DNA of 64,000 nt from Candidatus Nanoarchaeia archaeon. GTDB lineage: Archaea > Nanobdellota > Nanobdellia > Pacearchaeales > GW2011-AR1. Shown piece after piece: positions 45,127 through 54,536 of the stretch. The notes below the pieces were generated by a model. That model was given only the letters and a program-made list of their open reading frames with translations. It had not been told where the DNA came from and did no database searches. The position numbers were made by a program, and so were the translations under genes. The stretch is taken from the NCBI GenBank assembly GCA_028718805.1, contig JAQUKY010000001.1, positions 80,384 to 144,383 of the forward strand. The letters run 5' to 3'. The stretch's first letter is position 1. Each line of letters opens with the position of its first letter.

Positions 45127-45304
45127 AATCGTGTTTGGGTTTTAAGTGAGAGTAGAAATAGGAATTATAATCAAAACAGGTTTGGTCTAATCTGGCCATA
45201 TCTTCTATTATTTCCGAATTATCCTCTGTAGTTTTTCCATTAAATAAAATATCATCAATATCATCATATTCACAAAGTAAATCTATGCCCTCTTTGTCCA
45301 TCAT
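45092..45304 (-). CDS. Hypothetical acidic small protein
   Basis: 70-aa ORF overlapping the trm5 3' end by 35 nt. Weak. Confidence 0.25.
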   Translation of the reverse strand: MMDKEGIDLLCEYDDIDDILFNGKTTEDNSEIIEDMARLDQTCFDYNSYFYSHLKPKHDSNSILSSQPYT

Positions 45305-45390
45305 TTTTGGATAATTATTTGTCTTATAAACTTTGTTATAATCTATAATTTTAATAATACCATATAAATGTTTAAAAGCATTTAGTTTAT

Positions 45391-45672
45391 ATGTTTCTTA
45401 TGAGAGGTCAATATTGTTTATCAGAAAATCCTAATTGTGCCTTCTATTTAAAGCATAAAGAAGATAATTCTAAAATTTGGGTTAATGGAGGAGAAATTTA
45501 TTGCTGTAATAAGCAGTGTGTTAGTTTTGACTCTAAAGGAACTCCTATACAATTTGATGAATTTGACAATTCATTGTGCGGGTGTGTTGAGGGAGCAGTT
45601 ATTGGTAATGGGATCCCTGTTGATGTATTGGGAAGAAAGATTGATTTAGAAAAGGTTGTTGGCTTAAAATAA
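45391..45672 (+). CDS. Hypothetical Cys-rich protein (93 aa)
   Basis: Nine Cys residues; no motif recognised. Confidence 0.35.
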   Translation: MFLMRGQYCLSENPNCAFYLKHKEDNSKIWVNGGEIYCCNKQCVSFDSKGTPIQFDEFDNSLCGCVEGAVIGNGIPVDVLGRKIDLEKVVGLK

Positions 45673-45693
45673 TTTTTTAGAGATGATTGAGTT

Positions 45694-46035
45694 TTATTCG
45701 TAAGTTATTTTTGGTTCATCAATTTTGCCGAATTTTCTCTGAAACATTTTGAAAAAAAGTTTAATTTTTAATCCATCGTACGAAAGATGGAATTTTAGTG
45801 GGTTATCGCTATCTTCTTTATTTGGAGTATATTTTATTCTAGCGCTAGCGATTAATCCGGAAAAACCATGATAATTATCTGTGTCTACAAAGGATTTACC
45901 AAAAAGTGATAAAACATAGGCACATCGTTTTGCCAAATTTTCCAAAGTCCTGGCTTCTTTTGCATTAAGAGAACCATAAATATCAAGATCAGTGAGATAG
46001 TTCTCGTCTTCTAATGTAACTTTATCAATTTTCAT
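45694..46035 (-). CDS. Hypothetical protein (113 aa), last gene of the KS operon
   Basis: Overlaps the upstream gene by 11 nt. Confidence 0.45.
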   Translation of the reverse strand: MKIDKVTLEDENYLTDLDIYGSLNAKEARTLENLAKRCAYVLSLFGKSFVDTDNYHGFSGLIASARIKYTPNKEDSDNPLKFHLSYDGLKIKLFFKMFQRKFGKIDEPKITYE

Positions 46036-46768
46036 TCTTATTATAAATCTTGTTTCTTACAGCAAAATAATGATCTCTGCTTGCTTTTTTCATCTTGTTT
46101 ATATCTCCTCTTCCTATTATTATCTTCCAACCAAGGGTATCTGCTAATGCTTCATAGTATTCATCCATTGAATCAGACATTTGCTCACAATATTCTGTGT
46201 ATTCTGTTTCTGTCAAAGTATTTCTTACCAAATTTTCGTAAGTTTCTGAGACATCTTTGTTTTCATATTGACTATTCATTTTAGAAAGTATTTTTTTATG
46301 ACACTCTGCTGCTATTTTAACAGTCTTAGCTCTTGCCTTGATTACTTCTTTGTCAAGAGGATTAGTGTGCCCTTTATAAAAATTTAAATCATCCTGCCCT
46401 ATTTGTTTTGAAACAGCCAGATATTCTTTTTCGGGGATTTCATTTGGTTCTTGACAATATTTTTCAGCTAAACTAATTGAATAGGATTTCATTTTAGCTA
46501 AATGTTCATAGGTCTTTTTTAGTCCATATTTTTCTATTTGTTGTTTAAATGGCGTATTGTCTTTACATTCATTTACAAAAATAATGCTGTCTTCTAATGT
46601 TGCAGCTCTAATTAATTCAGGAGCAGATAGTTTTTCTTGTTTAATGGTTTGCTGGGTCTGTACTGCCTGATTTATCTTTTGTTCAAGCCCTCTTGCCTCA
46701 GAGATATTTGTCGTTAATGCTAATACTGCTGTAACAAATCCAATTTCCAGATATTTTTTAAAATTCAT
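46025..46768 (-). CDS. Hypothetical secreted/anchored helical protein (247 aa)
   Basis: Signal/TM IGFVTAVLALTTNISEA. One nt after the KS stop. Confidence 0.45.
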   Translation of the reverse strand: MNFKKYLEIGFVTAVLALTTNISEARGLEQKINQAVQTQQTIKQEKLSAPELIRAATLEDSIIFVNECKDNTPFKQQIEKYGLKKTYEHLAKMKSYSISLAEKYCQEPNEIPEKEYLAVSKQIGQDDLNFYKGHTNPLDKEVIKARAKTVKIAAECHKKILSKMNSQYENKDVSETYENLVRNTLTETEYTEYCEQMSDSMDEYYEALADTLGWKIIIGRGDINKMKKASRDHYFAVRNKIYNKNEN

Positions 46769-46769
46769 T

Positions 46770-48173
46770 CTATGTTACATCTCCTAAAACTAAAGCAGAA
46801 TTATATCCCCCAAAACCCATAGAGATTACAAGGGAATTTCTTATATTCCTTTCTACTGCTTTATTGGGGGTGTAGTTTAAATCACATTCAGGGTCTGGAT
46901 TGTCTAAATTAATTGTTGGGGGAACAAGATTATTTTGTACTGCAAGAGCACTTATTATCGCTTCTATTCCTCCTACTGCTCCTATTGAATGTCCTGTCAT
47001 TGATTTTGTTGAGCTTATATTTAACTTGTTAGTATGTTCTTCAAACACCTCTTTAATAACTTTAGTTTCAACAAGATCACAGGTTTTGGTTGCAGTTCCG
47101 TGGGTATTGATATAATCAATTTCATTTATGTTTAAACCAGACATATTGATTGTTTTTTTTATCGCTTTTTTTAAGTACTCTCCTTCTGGATGAAGCATAA
47201 CCATTTGTGGGTTTGCATCACTGGATTGACTATACCCTTTTATTTTAGCATAAATTTTAGCATTTCTTTTTAATGCACATTCTTTTTCTTCTAAAACAAT
47301 TATCCCTGCTCCTTCTGAAATAGCAAATCCATCTCTGTCAATGCAGTATGGTTTGGGTTTTGTTCTCGAGATTACTCCTAAATTAGATAGGCAGGATATT
47401 GCCTGCAGAGTAATTGGTGCTTCAGAACCTCCTGCAATTGCAGTATTAGAACGACCTTCCTTAATTGTGTAATAGGCTTGTCCTATTGCGTCAAGTCCTG
47501 AAGAACAAGCGGTATTTATACATATCGAAGACCCATGAAAGTTAAAAAAACTAGAAATTTTTGCAGGAATTGCATAACTTTTAAAATCTATGGTATTTGG
47601 TGGAGTAAATTGGTAAAGATTTCCAAATCTTTTATTAAGAAAGGTTATAAATTCTTCGAGCTTGTCTTCTTGCAATAGGCATTTGTACTTTACAAATTCT
47701 CTTTTTGTTTTAAAAAAATGAAATGGTCTAACCAATTTATTAAATTCTTCAAAGGTTTTTTTCATAACTGTCTGGATAACTACTTTTACAACCTGCTCAT
47801 TTGATTGAATCGGTTCTTCTGCATTTCCCATAAAAACGTCAATATCATTGTTTTCTTTGTTATATTCCAAAACTGCATTTTCTAATGCTAATCTTGTTCC
47901 AAGAACAGCAAATTGTATGGATTTGTCATCTGTTTTGACTTTCCCATAATTTTTTTTATTAAATTTCCCTTGATTTACATCTTGTAAAAAATAATTATCT
48001 AGATTAAAATCTTTGATTTCACTTCCCTTAATTTCCCCATAACCTCTATCTCTTACTATTGGAAGAGTCTCAAAAAAAGATTTTCCATTAACTATGTTCT
48101 CCCAAAAATCTCTTATTCCAATTCCATTGGGTGTTACTATTCCTAGCCCTGTTATTACAACTTCTCGGTTCAT
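46770..48173 (-). CDS. Beta-ketoacyl synthase, FabF/KAS-II type (Cys-His-His)
   Basis: VVITGLGIVTPNG, active-site NTACSSGLDAIG, THGTATKTCD, GHSIGAVGG, GFGGYNSALVL. About 60 extra residues precede the active-site Cys. Confidence 0.85.
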   Translation of the reverse strand: MNREVVITGLGIVTPNGIGIRDFWENIVNGKSFFETLPIVRDRGYGEIKGSEIKDFNLDNYFLQDVNQGKFNKKNYGKVKTDDKSIQFAVLGTRLALENAVLEYNKENNDIDVFMGNAEEPIQSNEQVVKVVIQTVMKKTFEEFNKLVRPFHFFKTKREFVKYKCLLQEDKLEEFITFLNKRFGNLYQFTPPNTIDFKSYAIPAKISSFFNFHGSSICINTACSSGLDAIGQAYYTIKEGRSNTAIAGGSEAPITLQAISCLSNLGVISRTKPKPYCIDRDGFAISEGAGIIVLEEKECALKRNAKIYAKIKGYSQSSDANPQMVMLHPEGEYLKKAIKKTINMSGLNINEIDYINTHGTATKTCDLVETKVIKEVFEEHTNKLNISSTKSMTGHSIGAVGGIEAIISALAVQNNLVPPTINLDNPDPECDLNYTPNKAVERNIRNSLVISMGFGGYNSALVLGDVT

Positions 48174-49408
48174 TTTTTAAACATGCTCCCCCTTTCCAAA
48201 TCTTCAAGGGAATTTATGGCTTTTTTAAGACAATTTTCTCTTGCTTTATCTCCTCCGACAAATTTTAGATGTTTTTCAGCAATATCTTTGCAATAACTGC
48301 ATGAATTTGCATTTTTTTTCTCATTTTTCAACTCTGAGATATCACAAATGTGCTCGCTGCAATCTTTACCTTTGATAAAAGGTTCTATAAATCCATCTAG
48401 ATCTTTGTTGTTTAAATAAACTTGTGCTGGAAAAATTGCTTCTTGCATATTTCTCATTTTTTGTGCCCTTGCTTTTCCTAAAATAGCTCCTTTAATAAAA
48501 GGGGTTCTATTTACTTGTGTGAATTCATTGTTTCTGTAATTTAGAATATCAAAAAGATTTCCATCATAAGATTTTTCTGCATAAGCTTTAACAACTCTTA
48601 CTAGCCAATCAGTAGGTCTTGAACGTTCTGTTAATTTTAAAGTTAAATTTGTCTTTCCAATTTTATCGCATAGCTCTTCATAATAATGAACATCTTCTGG
48701 TCTTATCCAGTCTGCTGCAATAAATTTTCCAGAGCTTTCAAATTTTTCTTTTCCGCAGTTCAAAGAATAAAAATCCAAGAAAAATCCTCCTGATTCATGA
48801 TTTGATTGAGAAGAGTGAGCAAGAGCATTTGCATGATTTGTTCTGTAAATACAATCGTGCAAACAAGTGTTATTGGCAATCAATCTTAAATTTAAATCAG
48901 TTGATTTTAATGCCTGTTCTAACTTTTTAAAATTTCTGTTAAATCCGTAATGTAATGTTAATTCGTCTGCTCCTAATTCTTCCCAGGCCCTTATTCTTTC
49001 CAGACTGTCTATATCGTTATATACTGAAACAGAGATTTCTAAATCTGGCGCAGTATTTTTTGCAAGTTTTAGCATGAATGGGCTTCCGACAGTTACAATG
49101 TCTGCTCCTGTGTCTTGGATATGTTTTATAAAATCCCTTATTTGTAAATTTGTTTTTCCAGAGAATTCTCTGTTATCTGAGCATAAAGCATTAAAAAGAT
49201 AATTAAACTTAATTCCATGTTCATGTGCAGTTTTAATATGCCCCTTTAGTTGTTTCTGTGAGATATTGGGTATTGTAAAGCTTGGTCTTCCTCCGCCAAT
49301 GATATGTTCGCTCAGCATGCCATACAAACACTTGACAATTCCAAAAGGCGCAACTTTTTCTATTAATTTATTATCAAAATTTGTAGCTAAATCATACCTC
49401 ATTTCCAT
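48170..49408 (-). CDS. Peptidase-U32-family-like TIM-barrel / Fe-S protein
   Basis: The block order HEHGIKFNYLFNA, DTGADIVTVGSPFML, ISVSVYNDIDS and ELGADELTL matches U32 proteins. NNTCLHDCIYRTNH sits at the signature position, with further C-terminal Cys residues (CSEHIC, CSYC). Confidence 0.55.
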   Translation of the reverse strand: MEMRYDLATNFDNKLIEKVAPFGIVKCLYGMLSEHIIGGGRPSFTIPNISQKQLKGHIKTAHEHGIKFNYLFNALCSDNREFSGKTNLQIRDFIKHIQDTGADIVTVGSPFMLKLAKNTAPDLEISVSVYNDIDSLERIRAWEELGADELTLHYGFNRNFKKLEQALKSTDLNLRLIANNTCLHDCIYRTNHANALAHSSQSNHESGGFFLDFYSLNCGKEKFESSGKFIAADWIRPEDVHYYEELCDKIGKTNLTLKLTERSRPTDWLVRVVKAYAEKSYDGNLFDILNYRNNEFTQVNRTPFIKGAILGKARAQKMRNMQEAIFPAQVYLNNKDLDGFIEPFIKGKDCSEHICDISELKNEKKNANSCSYCKDIAEKHLKFVGGDKARENCLKKAINSLEDLERGSMFKK

Positions 49409-49523
49409 ACCCGTTATTCTTCTTAAGTGATTATAAAGATTATTATTATCTATAGAATATATTGTTTAATTTATGTTGTTCAAGAACAAGCTTGTTTTTA
49501 AATAAAAGAATTTTGAAATAAAC

Positions 49524-49883
49524 ATGAAAGGGTTGAGAAATGCAATAGCGGGTCTTGGGTTGGCAGGCTTGCTTGCTGTTTCTGGGTGCGGCATAACTAT
49601 CCCCCTTAAGCCGGCCCCGTATATTCCTCGCGATTTAAGGGGGACAGCACAAGCGCTTATACTTGAAAAGAGAGCAGATGAGCTTGCTGGAAGCAGTTCT
49701 TTAGATGATTTGGGGGATGCTGTTAAAATTTATGGAAGTGTGGGCAAGCTGGAAAAGATGGATAAAGTGCTAGATGAGATTGCGGGTATGAGAGGCGAGG
49801 ATGAAGATGAAGTAATCAATTATATTGATATTGGAAGAAGATGTAATGAAATGTATGAAAGAATTGATAAAAAGAAAAAATAA
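49524..49883 (+). CDS. Putative lipoprotein (119 aa)
   Basis: Lipobox-like LLAVSGCG after a signal peptide. Confidence 0.45.
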   Translation: MKGLRNAIAGLGLAGLLAVSGCGITIPLKPAPYIPRDLRGTAQALILEKRADELAGSSSLDDLGDAVKIYGSVGKLEKMDKVLDEIAGMRGEDEDEVINYIDIGRRCNEMYERIDKKKK

Positions 49884-49916
49884 AAAGGATTAAAAAAGTA
49901 AATTTTAATATGACAG

Positions 49917-50510
49917 ATGTTACTGGAGAAAATTTCAAAAGGAGTGATTTGTGCGGGATTTGGATTAGCTGTCTTATGCTCTTCTTGTGATAGTATTGAC
50001 GGGCAACCTATTGGGAGAATGGGTTCTTATGCAAGCGCAACAATGGCAACAAGTTTTCAAGGTCTGAAAGATTTAGGGCAGCATAGTTCTTCATCAGAAG
50101 GCAATGGGCAGGTGTATTGCTGTAGATGCGGGCATATTGATATTGCTCATTTAAGAAAATCTGCTGATTGGACCAGATATCTTGGAGAAAAATCCTATAG
50201 TCATTTAATGAATAATGATGCTAAATTTTCATTTTCATTTAAAGAACCTTCTCAATATTTTGTTAGTATTGATTATCCAAAGAACTGGGGAAGTTTGAAA
50301 TCAGAAGATAAAGAAAAAATTTCAAAAGAGGTTTCTGTTGGGCTTGGACAGTATTTTTCTTATACAGGGGTTACCTGGCACGAGATGCTTACCTGGTTTG
50401 GGTACAAATCAACAGGATTTTATACAGAATTCCCATCAGCTTTTTCGTGGGAAGATGGATTTCCAAAAAATTATGGGATACATAAGAAAAGAGGCTGTAG
50501 AAAAATATGA
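49917..50510 (+). CDS. Putative lipoprotein (DUF4056-like?), C-terminus possibly frameshifted
   Basis: LAVLCSSCD signal/lipobox. GQVYCCRCGHIDIAHLRKSADWTRYL and SAFSWED blocks. The overlapping +1 ORF continues to 50532. Confidence 0.45.
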   Translation: MLLEKISKGVICAGFGLAVLCSSCDSIDGQPIGRMGSYASATMATSFQGLKDLGQHSSSSEGNGQVYCCRCGHIDIAHLRKSADWTRYLGEKSYSHLMNNDAKFSFSFKEPSQYFVSIDYPKNWGSLKSEDKEKISKEVSVGLGQYFSYTGVTWHEMLTWFGYKSTGFYTEFPSAFSWEDGFPKNYGIHKKRGCRKI

Positions 50511-50634
50511 TTGTGATGTAGACCCAGACTGACTTCTTTTGATAATAACCAGTAATACAAGATAACGAAATATTAATGGGTTGCTGATATCAAACCAGTC
50601 AGCTATTTTGAGAAAGTTTTAGGTTAGTTCTTAC

Positions 50635-50667
50635 AAGCTAGGGCTCTGCGGAGCCCTAGCTTTTTTA
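50635..50667 (+). terminator. Perfect GC-rich hairpin plus T-run (intrinsic-terminator-like)
   Basis: AAGCTAGGGCTC tgcg GAGCCCTAGCTT followed by TTTTT: a 12-bp perfect stem with a 4-nt loop. Confidence 0.5.
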
Positions 50668-50751
50668 CCCACAAGAGAAAAACTTATAAATCAATAATCA
50701 TGACTATTTTAGAGGTGTTCGCATCTCAGAGAGTTTTCTGAGTAGATTAAG

Positions 50752-51135
50752 ATGGCATATGAATTTAATAAGTGTGAAGAAGGAAGATTATATAAAATTG
50801 TAGATGGATTGATGAACCTAAGAAAGTCAATTGTTGGTCCTAAAAGAGAATATGAAGAATCTCTTGAGAATCTTGCTCTATCCTCCTGTGAGAAAATTGG
50901 AAACTTAGTTCTTAAGATTGGAAATTCTTATATTGGAAAAGTAATAAGAAAAAGAGCTATTCCTATTTATTTAACATGCTGTTTTGGAGGAGCCCTCGCT
51001 AATACTTTAGCTAACTATAATAACACAGGCAATTTAGGAGAATCTGTAATGTTAGGAACTGTAATCGTGGCCTCTATTGCCCCAGCACCATTTATTGCAA
51101 AAGCAATAGTTAAAGGAGAAGAAAATAATAAATAA
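50752..51135 (+). CDS. Hypothetical membrane protein (127 aa)
   Basis: Two C-terminal hydrophobic helices. Confidence 0.4.
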   Translation: MAYEFNKCEEGRLYKIVDGLMNLRKSIVGPKREYEESLENLALSSCEKIGNLVLKIGNSYIGKVIRKRAIPIYLTCCFGGALANTLANYNNTGNLGESVMLGTVIVASIAPAPFIAKAIVKGEENNK

Positions 51136-51141
51136 AAATTT

Positions 51142-52440
51142 TTATATCTTTTCCCTGATATTCACAGAAGTTGGTGCCTCGCCGCCATGCCAGGTGAATC
51201 TTGGGCGGATTCTGACAGGATATAATCTTTCTGAATTATCATCTAAGATAATTGCACTTCCTTTTAAATCCGGGAGATTGTTCATTGATTTTGTTATTCC
51301 TTCTAATAAATAAGTCTGCATCATTTCATTTAGTGCTTCTAAATCTTTTTTATTGGTTAATCTATGGCTTATTATAATATCTGACTGAGTCATTACATCC
51401 CTGTGAATTACTCCTGGCTGCTGAGTTGCCAATACCATTGATATTCCTGGCTGCCTGCCTTCACGCAAAAGCTGAATTAGTGCGTTTGATGCAGGAGTTT
51501 TTTCATTCATTGGAAGGAATTCATGAGCCTCATCAATAAACAGCCAGACAAGAGGCATTTCTTTTTCATATTCCTTGCTTCCAATTCCGTGCTCGATTGC
51601 ATCAATTTCTTCTTTTTTTCTTGCCAGCATTCTTTGATTAAATAACTTTTTTGAGACCAAGCCAATAATTAATGCACGAACATTAAATGAAGATGTTGAA
51701 GAGTACATTGACAAATCCAAAACAGAAGTTTTCCCGGCTTTTATCAGATCTGAAATTTTTGTTGGCTTTTCGTTTTTAGATGCAAACACTTTCCACGACT
51801 TAGCTGCTTCAAACAAGGAAATAGCTGCTTTTTTTGTCTTGTCATCTGCTTCAGTATTTTTTGCAATCAAATCAGTTATATTTTCCAGATCAAAATCTTC
51901 CTGCAGGTTTGATAAAATTCTTTGAATTAAAACAGAAACAGAGTCTGTCATTTCCAGATTGAAGATAGATAACCAGTCTTCAATATCCAATTCAGAAACA
52001 GCTAATGCAAATTTTTTAGTTACAGGAATGCCTCTTTTTTCATATTCATCAAAATAGCCTGCAGGAACCCAGATGTTCACCGGAAGATTTTTTGTTTTTA
52101 ACTGCCATTCTTCAAGCAATGCTGTTTCTTTTTCATTTTTGAATTTCATTGTCCAGAAAATTCCCATTGTATCAAATATCAGGGAGGCAATATTATCCTT
52201 TACTTCTGCAGGCAGATCAGATAGTTCTTCTGCTAAAACACCGATTGTATATGATTTTCCAGAACCTCTTTTTCCTGCAATTAAAATTACATGGCTTCTC
52301 GCTACATCAAACCAGATTAGATTGCTTAAAGAAGTATAATTACCCATGCTGACATAACCCTTTCCAATATAGATTAGTCCTTTATCCTCTAACTTTTCCT
52401 TATCTGCTTTGTCCCTTCCTATTATAATATCGTATGGCAT
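51142..52440 (-). CDS. HerA/FtsK-like P-loop ATPase (DUF87-type)
   Basis: Walker A LIAGKRGSGKSYT, Walker B VWLFIDEAHEF, and an N-terminal barrel-like segment IIIGRDK...LIYIGKG. Confidence 0.65.
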   Translation of the reverse strand: MPYDIIIGRDKADKEKLEDKGLIYIGKGYVSMGNYTSLSNLIWFDVARSHVILIAGKRGSGKSYTIGVLAEELSDLPAEVKDNIASLIFDTMGIFWTMKFKNEKETALLEEWQLKTKNLPVNIWVPAGYFDEYEKRGIPVTKKFALAVSELDIEDWLSIFNLEMTDSVSVLIQRILSNLQEDFDLENITDLIAKNTEADDKTKKAAISLFEAAKSWKVFASKNEKPTKISDLIKAGKTSVLDLSMYSSTSSFNVRALIIGLVSKKLFNQRMLARKKEEIDAIEHGIGSKEYEKEMPLVWLFIDEAHEFLPMNEKTPASNALIQLLREGRQPGISMVLATQQPGVIHRDVMTQSDIIISHRLTNKKDLEALNEMMQTYLLEGITKSMNNLPDLKGSAIILDDNSERLYPVRIRPRFTWHGGEAPTSVNIREKI

Positions 52441-52588
52441 TTTTTGTTTTCTTTCTTTTTTATTTATGCTTTATCAATAATCTATAACTCTGTTCGCTTT
52501 GTAGATGAGGAGATTAGCTTTATTCTCAGTAGCTTGTTCTTCTCATATATACTCTGTTTAGTATTTATCTATTACTAATTTAATCATT

Positions 52589-52683
52589 TAGTAATGTATT
52601 AGACGATTTTCATATGAAGCAATCATTTTAAAACTTCTTGCTCAATTGCCTATTATTATTTCGTTCTTATTTATTACTAATTT
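52589..52683 (-). repeat. Intergenic cassette copy G
   Basis: TTAGTAATGTATTAGACGATTTTCAT...GAAGCAATCAT...CTTGCTCAATTGCC...CTTATTTATTACTAATT. Confidence 0.65.
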
Positions 52684-52817
52684 TATGTTTGTGATATTTT
52701 ACCTTTTTTATTAAGAATATTTTAATCTATTTAAGGTTTTATGTCTGAGAGATTGAATAAAAACATTATGGATTTCACAATCATAATGTTTTTAAACCCT
52801 TAATTGTTAAAAACTAA

Positions 52818-53882
52818 ATGGATGAAAGAAAGCACTGGGAAAACAGACCAGAAAGGAGTATTGTGAGCAGACCAGAAAAGACGGTTATGAAAATTGACAA
52901 TGACCCAGACAACAGGATTTCTAAAGTAACTGAAAGAGTTAAGGGTAATCCCTGGATTATGGTCAGTATTGTTTTAGGAATTGCAGTTATAATTTTATTA
53001 TTTATGGTTTTTAAGGGGGGAATTACTGGAAATGTTATTAAGGCAGATGATGCTGGAACAAAAATAGTTGAATATTTAAATGGTATGACCGGCGGGGGAG
53101 TTGAATTTGTAAGCAGCGAGGATCTAGGAAGTTTATACCAGATAACTGTTTCTTATCAGGGACAGGAAATACCTGTTTTTACTACAAAAGACGGAGAATA
53201 CTTTCTTCAGGGAGCGGTTCCTATAAATGCACAAACTGCTGATAATTCTGCTGCTAATACTCAAACACCTGCTGAAGTTCCAAAATCAGACAAGCCAAAA
53301 GTTGAGGCATTTATATTCTCATATTGCCCTTATGGATTACAATTTGAAAAAGCATTATTCCCGGTTTATGATTTATTAAAAGGCAAGGCAGATATTAATA
53401 TAGTTGCAATCGGAGCAATGCATGGTGAATTTGAAAAAACAGAATCATTAAGACAAATAAGCATTGAACAATTATATGGAAGAGATAAATTATTTGCATA
53501 TCTGAAAGAATTTGATTCAAGCACTAATATTGGTGCTTGCAGTGGAGATGACACATGCCTGAATAAGTATCTTCCAGCGATATATACCAAGTTAGGAATT
53601 GACAAGACCAAAGTTGATAATTACATGAAATCAAGTGCTGTAACTGTTTATGATGCACAAGGAGCAGAAGCAAACTCATTAGGTCAAACAGGTTCACCAG
53701 GTTTTATGATAAATGGAGTGGAAGTACAGGTTTCAAGAACTCCTGAAGCAATTAAAACAGCAATCTGTTCTGCATTTAATACTGCACCAGCTGAATGTTC
53801 ACAAACATTATCAACAGCATCACCTGGTGCTGGATTTGGTGCTGCTGCAGGCAGTAGTGCCAGCAGTGCAGCTCAATGTTAA
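52818..53882 (+). CDS. Membrane-anchored extracytoplasmic protein, possible thioredoxin/DsbA-like fold
   Basis: Single TM (IMVSIVLGIAVIILLFMVF). FIFSYCPYG sits at the position of a CxxC but has only one Cys. Ala/Ser-rich tail ending in QC. Confidence 0.4.
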   Translation: MDERKHWENRPERSIVSRPEKTVMKIDNDPDNRISKVTERVKGNPWIMVSIVLGIAVIILLFMVFKGGITGNVIKADDAGTKIVEYLNGMTGGGVEFVSSEDLGSLYQITVSYQGQEIPVFTTKDGEYFLQGAVPINAQTADNSAANTQTPAEVPKSDKPKVEAFIFSYCPYGLQFEKALFPVYDLLKGKADINIVAIGAMHGEFEKTESLRQISIEQLYGRDKLFAYLKEFDSSTNIGACSGDDTCLNKYLPAIYTKLGIDKTKVDNYMKSSAVTVYDAQGAEANSLGQTGSPGFMINGVEVQVSRTPEAIKTAICSAFNTAPAECSQTLSTASPGAGFGAAAGSSASSAAQC

Positions 53883-53976
53883 AATAGAGGATTAATAAAG
53901 ACTAATTAATAATATAAAAACAGGATAACTAATAACTAGATTTGTAATAAAAAAACTCGGATAAACTATTGGAACA

Positions 53977-54020
53977 GATTGCCCAAGCGATATAAAGTTG
54001 ATTATTACCGATAAATAAAG
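53977..54020 (+). repeat. Partial cassette copy H (promoter-proximal arm only)
   Basis: GATTGCCCAAGCGATATAAAGTTGATTATTACCGATAAATAAAG. Compare copy C: GATTGCCCAAGATTAAAATCGTTTAATAGATTATTGATAAACAAAAG. Confidence 0.55.
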
Positions 54021-54026
54021 AATAAA

Positions 54027-54461
54027 ATGACAAAAATAAAAGAACTAACACCAAGACAGGGAAATGTTAATGTAGAAGGAGTTATAACTGAGGTTGGAGA
54101 AGCAAGGACATTTAACAAATTTGGCAGGCCATTGGTTGTTGCAAATGCAATATTAAAGGATGATTCTGGAAGTGTTAAACTGACTTTGTGGAATGATGAT
54201 GCAGGCAGATATAAAGCTGGAGATAAAATTAAGGTTACAAATGGTTATGTCGGGGAATTCCAGGGAGAAAAACAATTAACATCAGGGAAGTTTGGGAAAA
54301 TCGAGAAAGTTGGAGAAGGTGAGATAGAAGAGAATGTTGATGAGAAAGCAGAAGTTTCTGCAGATGATGAAGAATTGGAAGATGCTCCTGTTGCAGAAGT
54401 TATTGAAGAAGAAGCAGAAGAGCCTGAAGGCGTAGAAAAGATTGAGGAAGAAGAGTTTTAG
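54027..54461 (+). CDS. ssb: Single OB-fold ssDNA-binding protein with acidic tail
   Basis: OB core VNVEGVITEVGEARTFNKFGRPLVVANAILKDDSGSVKLTLWND plus a Glu/Asp-rich C-terminal tail, similar to crenarchaeal-type SSB. Confidence 0.75.
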   Translation: MTKIKELTPRQGNVNVEGVITEVGEARTFNKFGRPLVVANAILKDDSGSVKLTLWNDDAGRYKAGDKIKVTNGYVGEFQGEKQLTSGKFGKIEKVGEGEIEENVDEKAEVSADDEELEDAPVAEVIEEEAEEPEGVEKIEEEEF

Positions 54462-54536
54462 ATTTATTTTTGAGTGATTTTTATTTATAATAGATATTTA
54501 TCTTTTAATTTTGTTAGAAAGAAATTATAATTACTA

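Noticed and set aside
45694-50670. The possibility that the KS/U32/lipoprotein block marks a chimeric (bacterial) mis-assembly.
   Set aside because: The block is flanked on both sides by typical archaeal genes on the same contig (trm5-like, herA-like, ssb, rfc), with no obvious compositional break by eye. Horizontal transfer is more plausible, but read-level checks are still advised.
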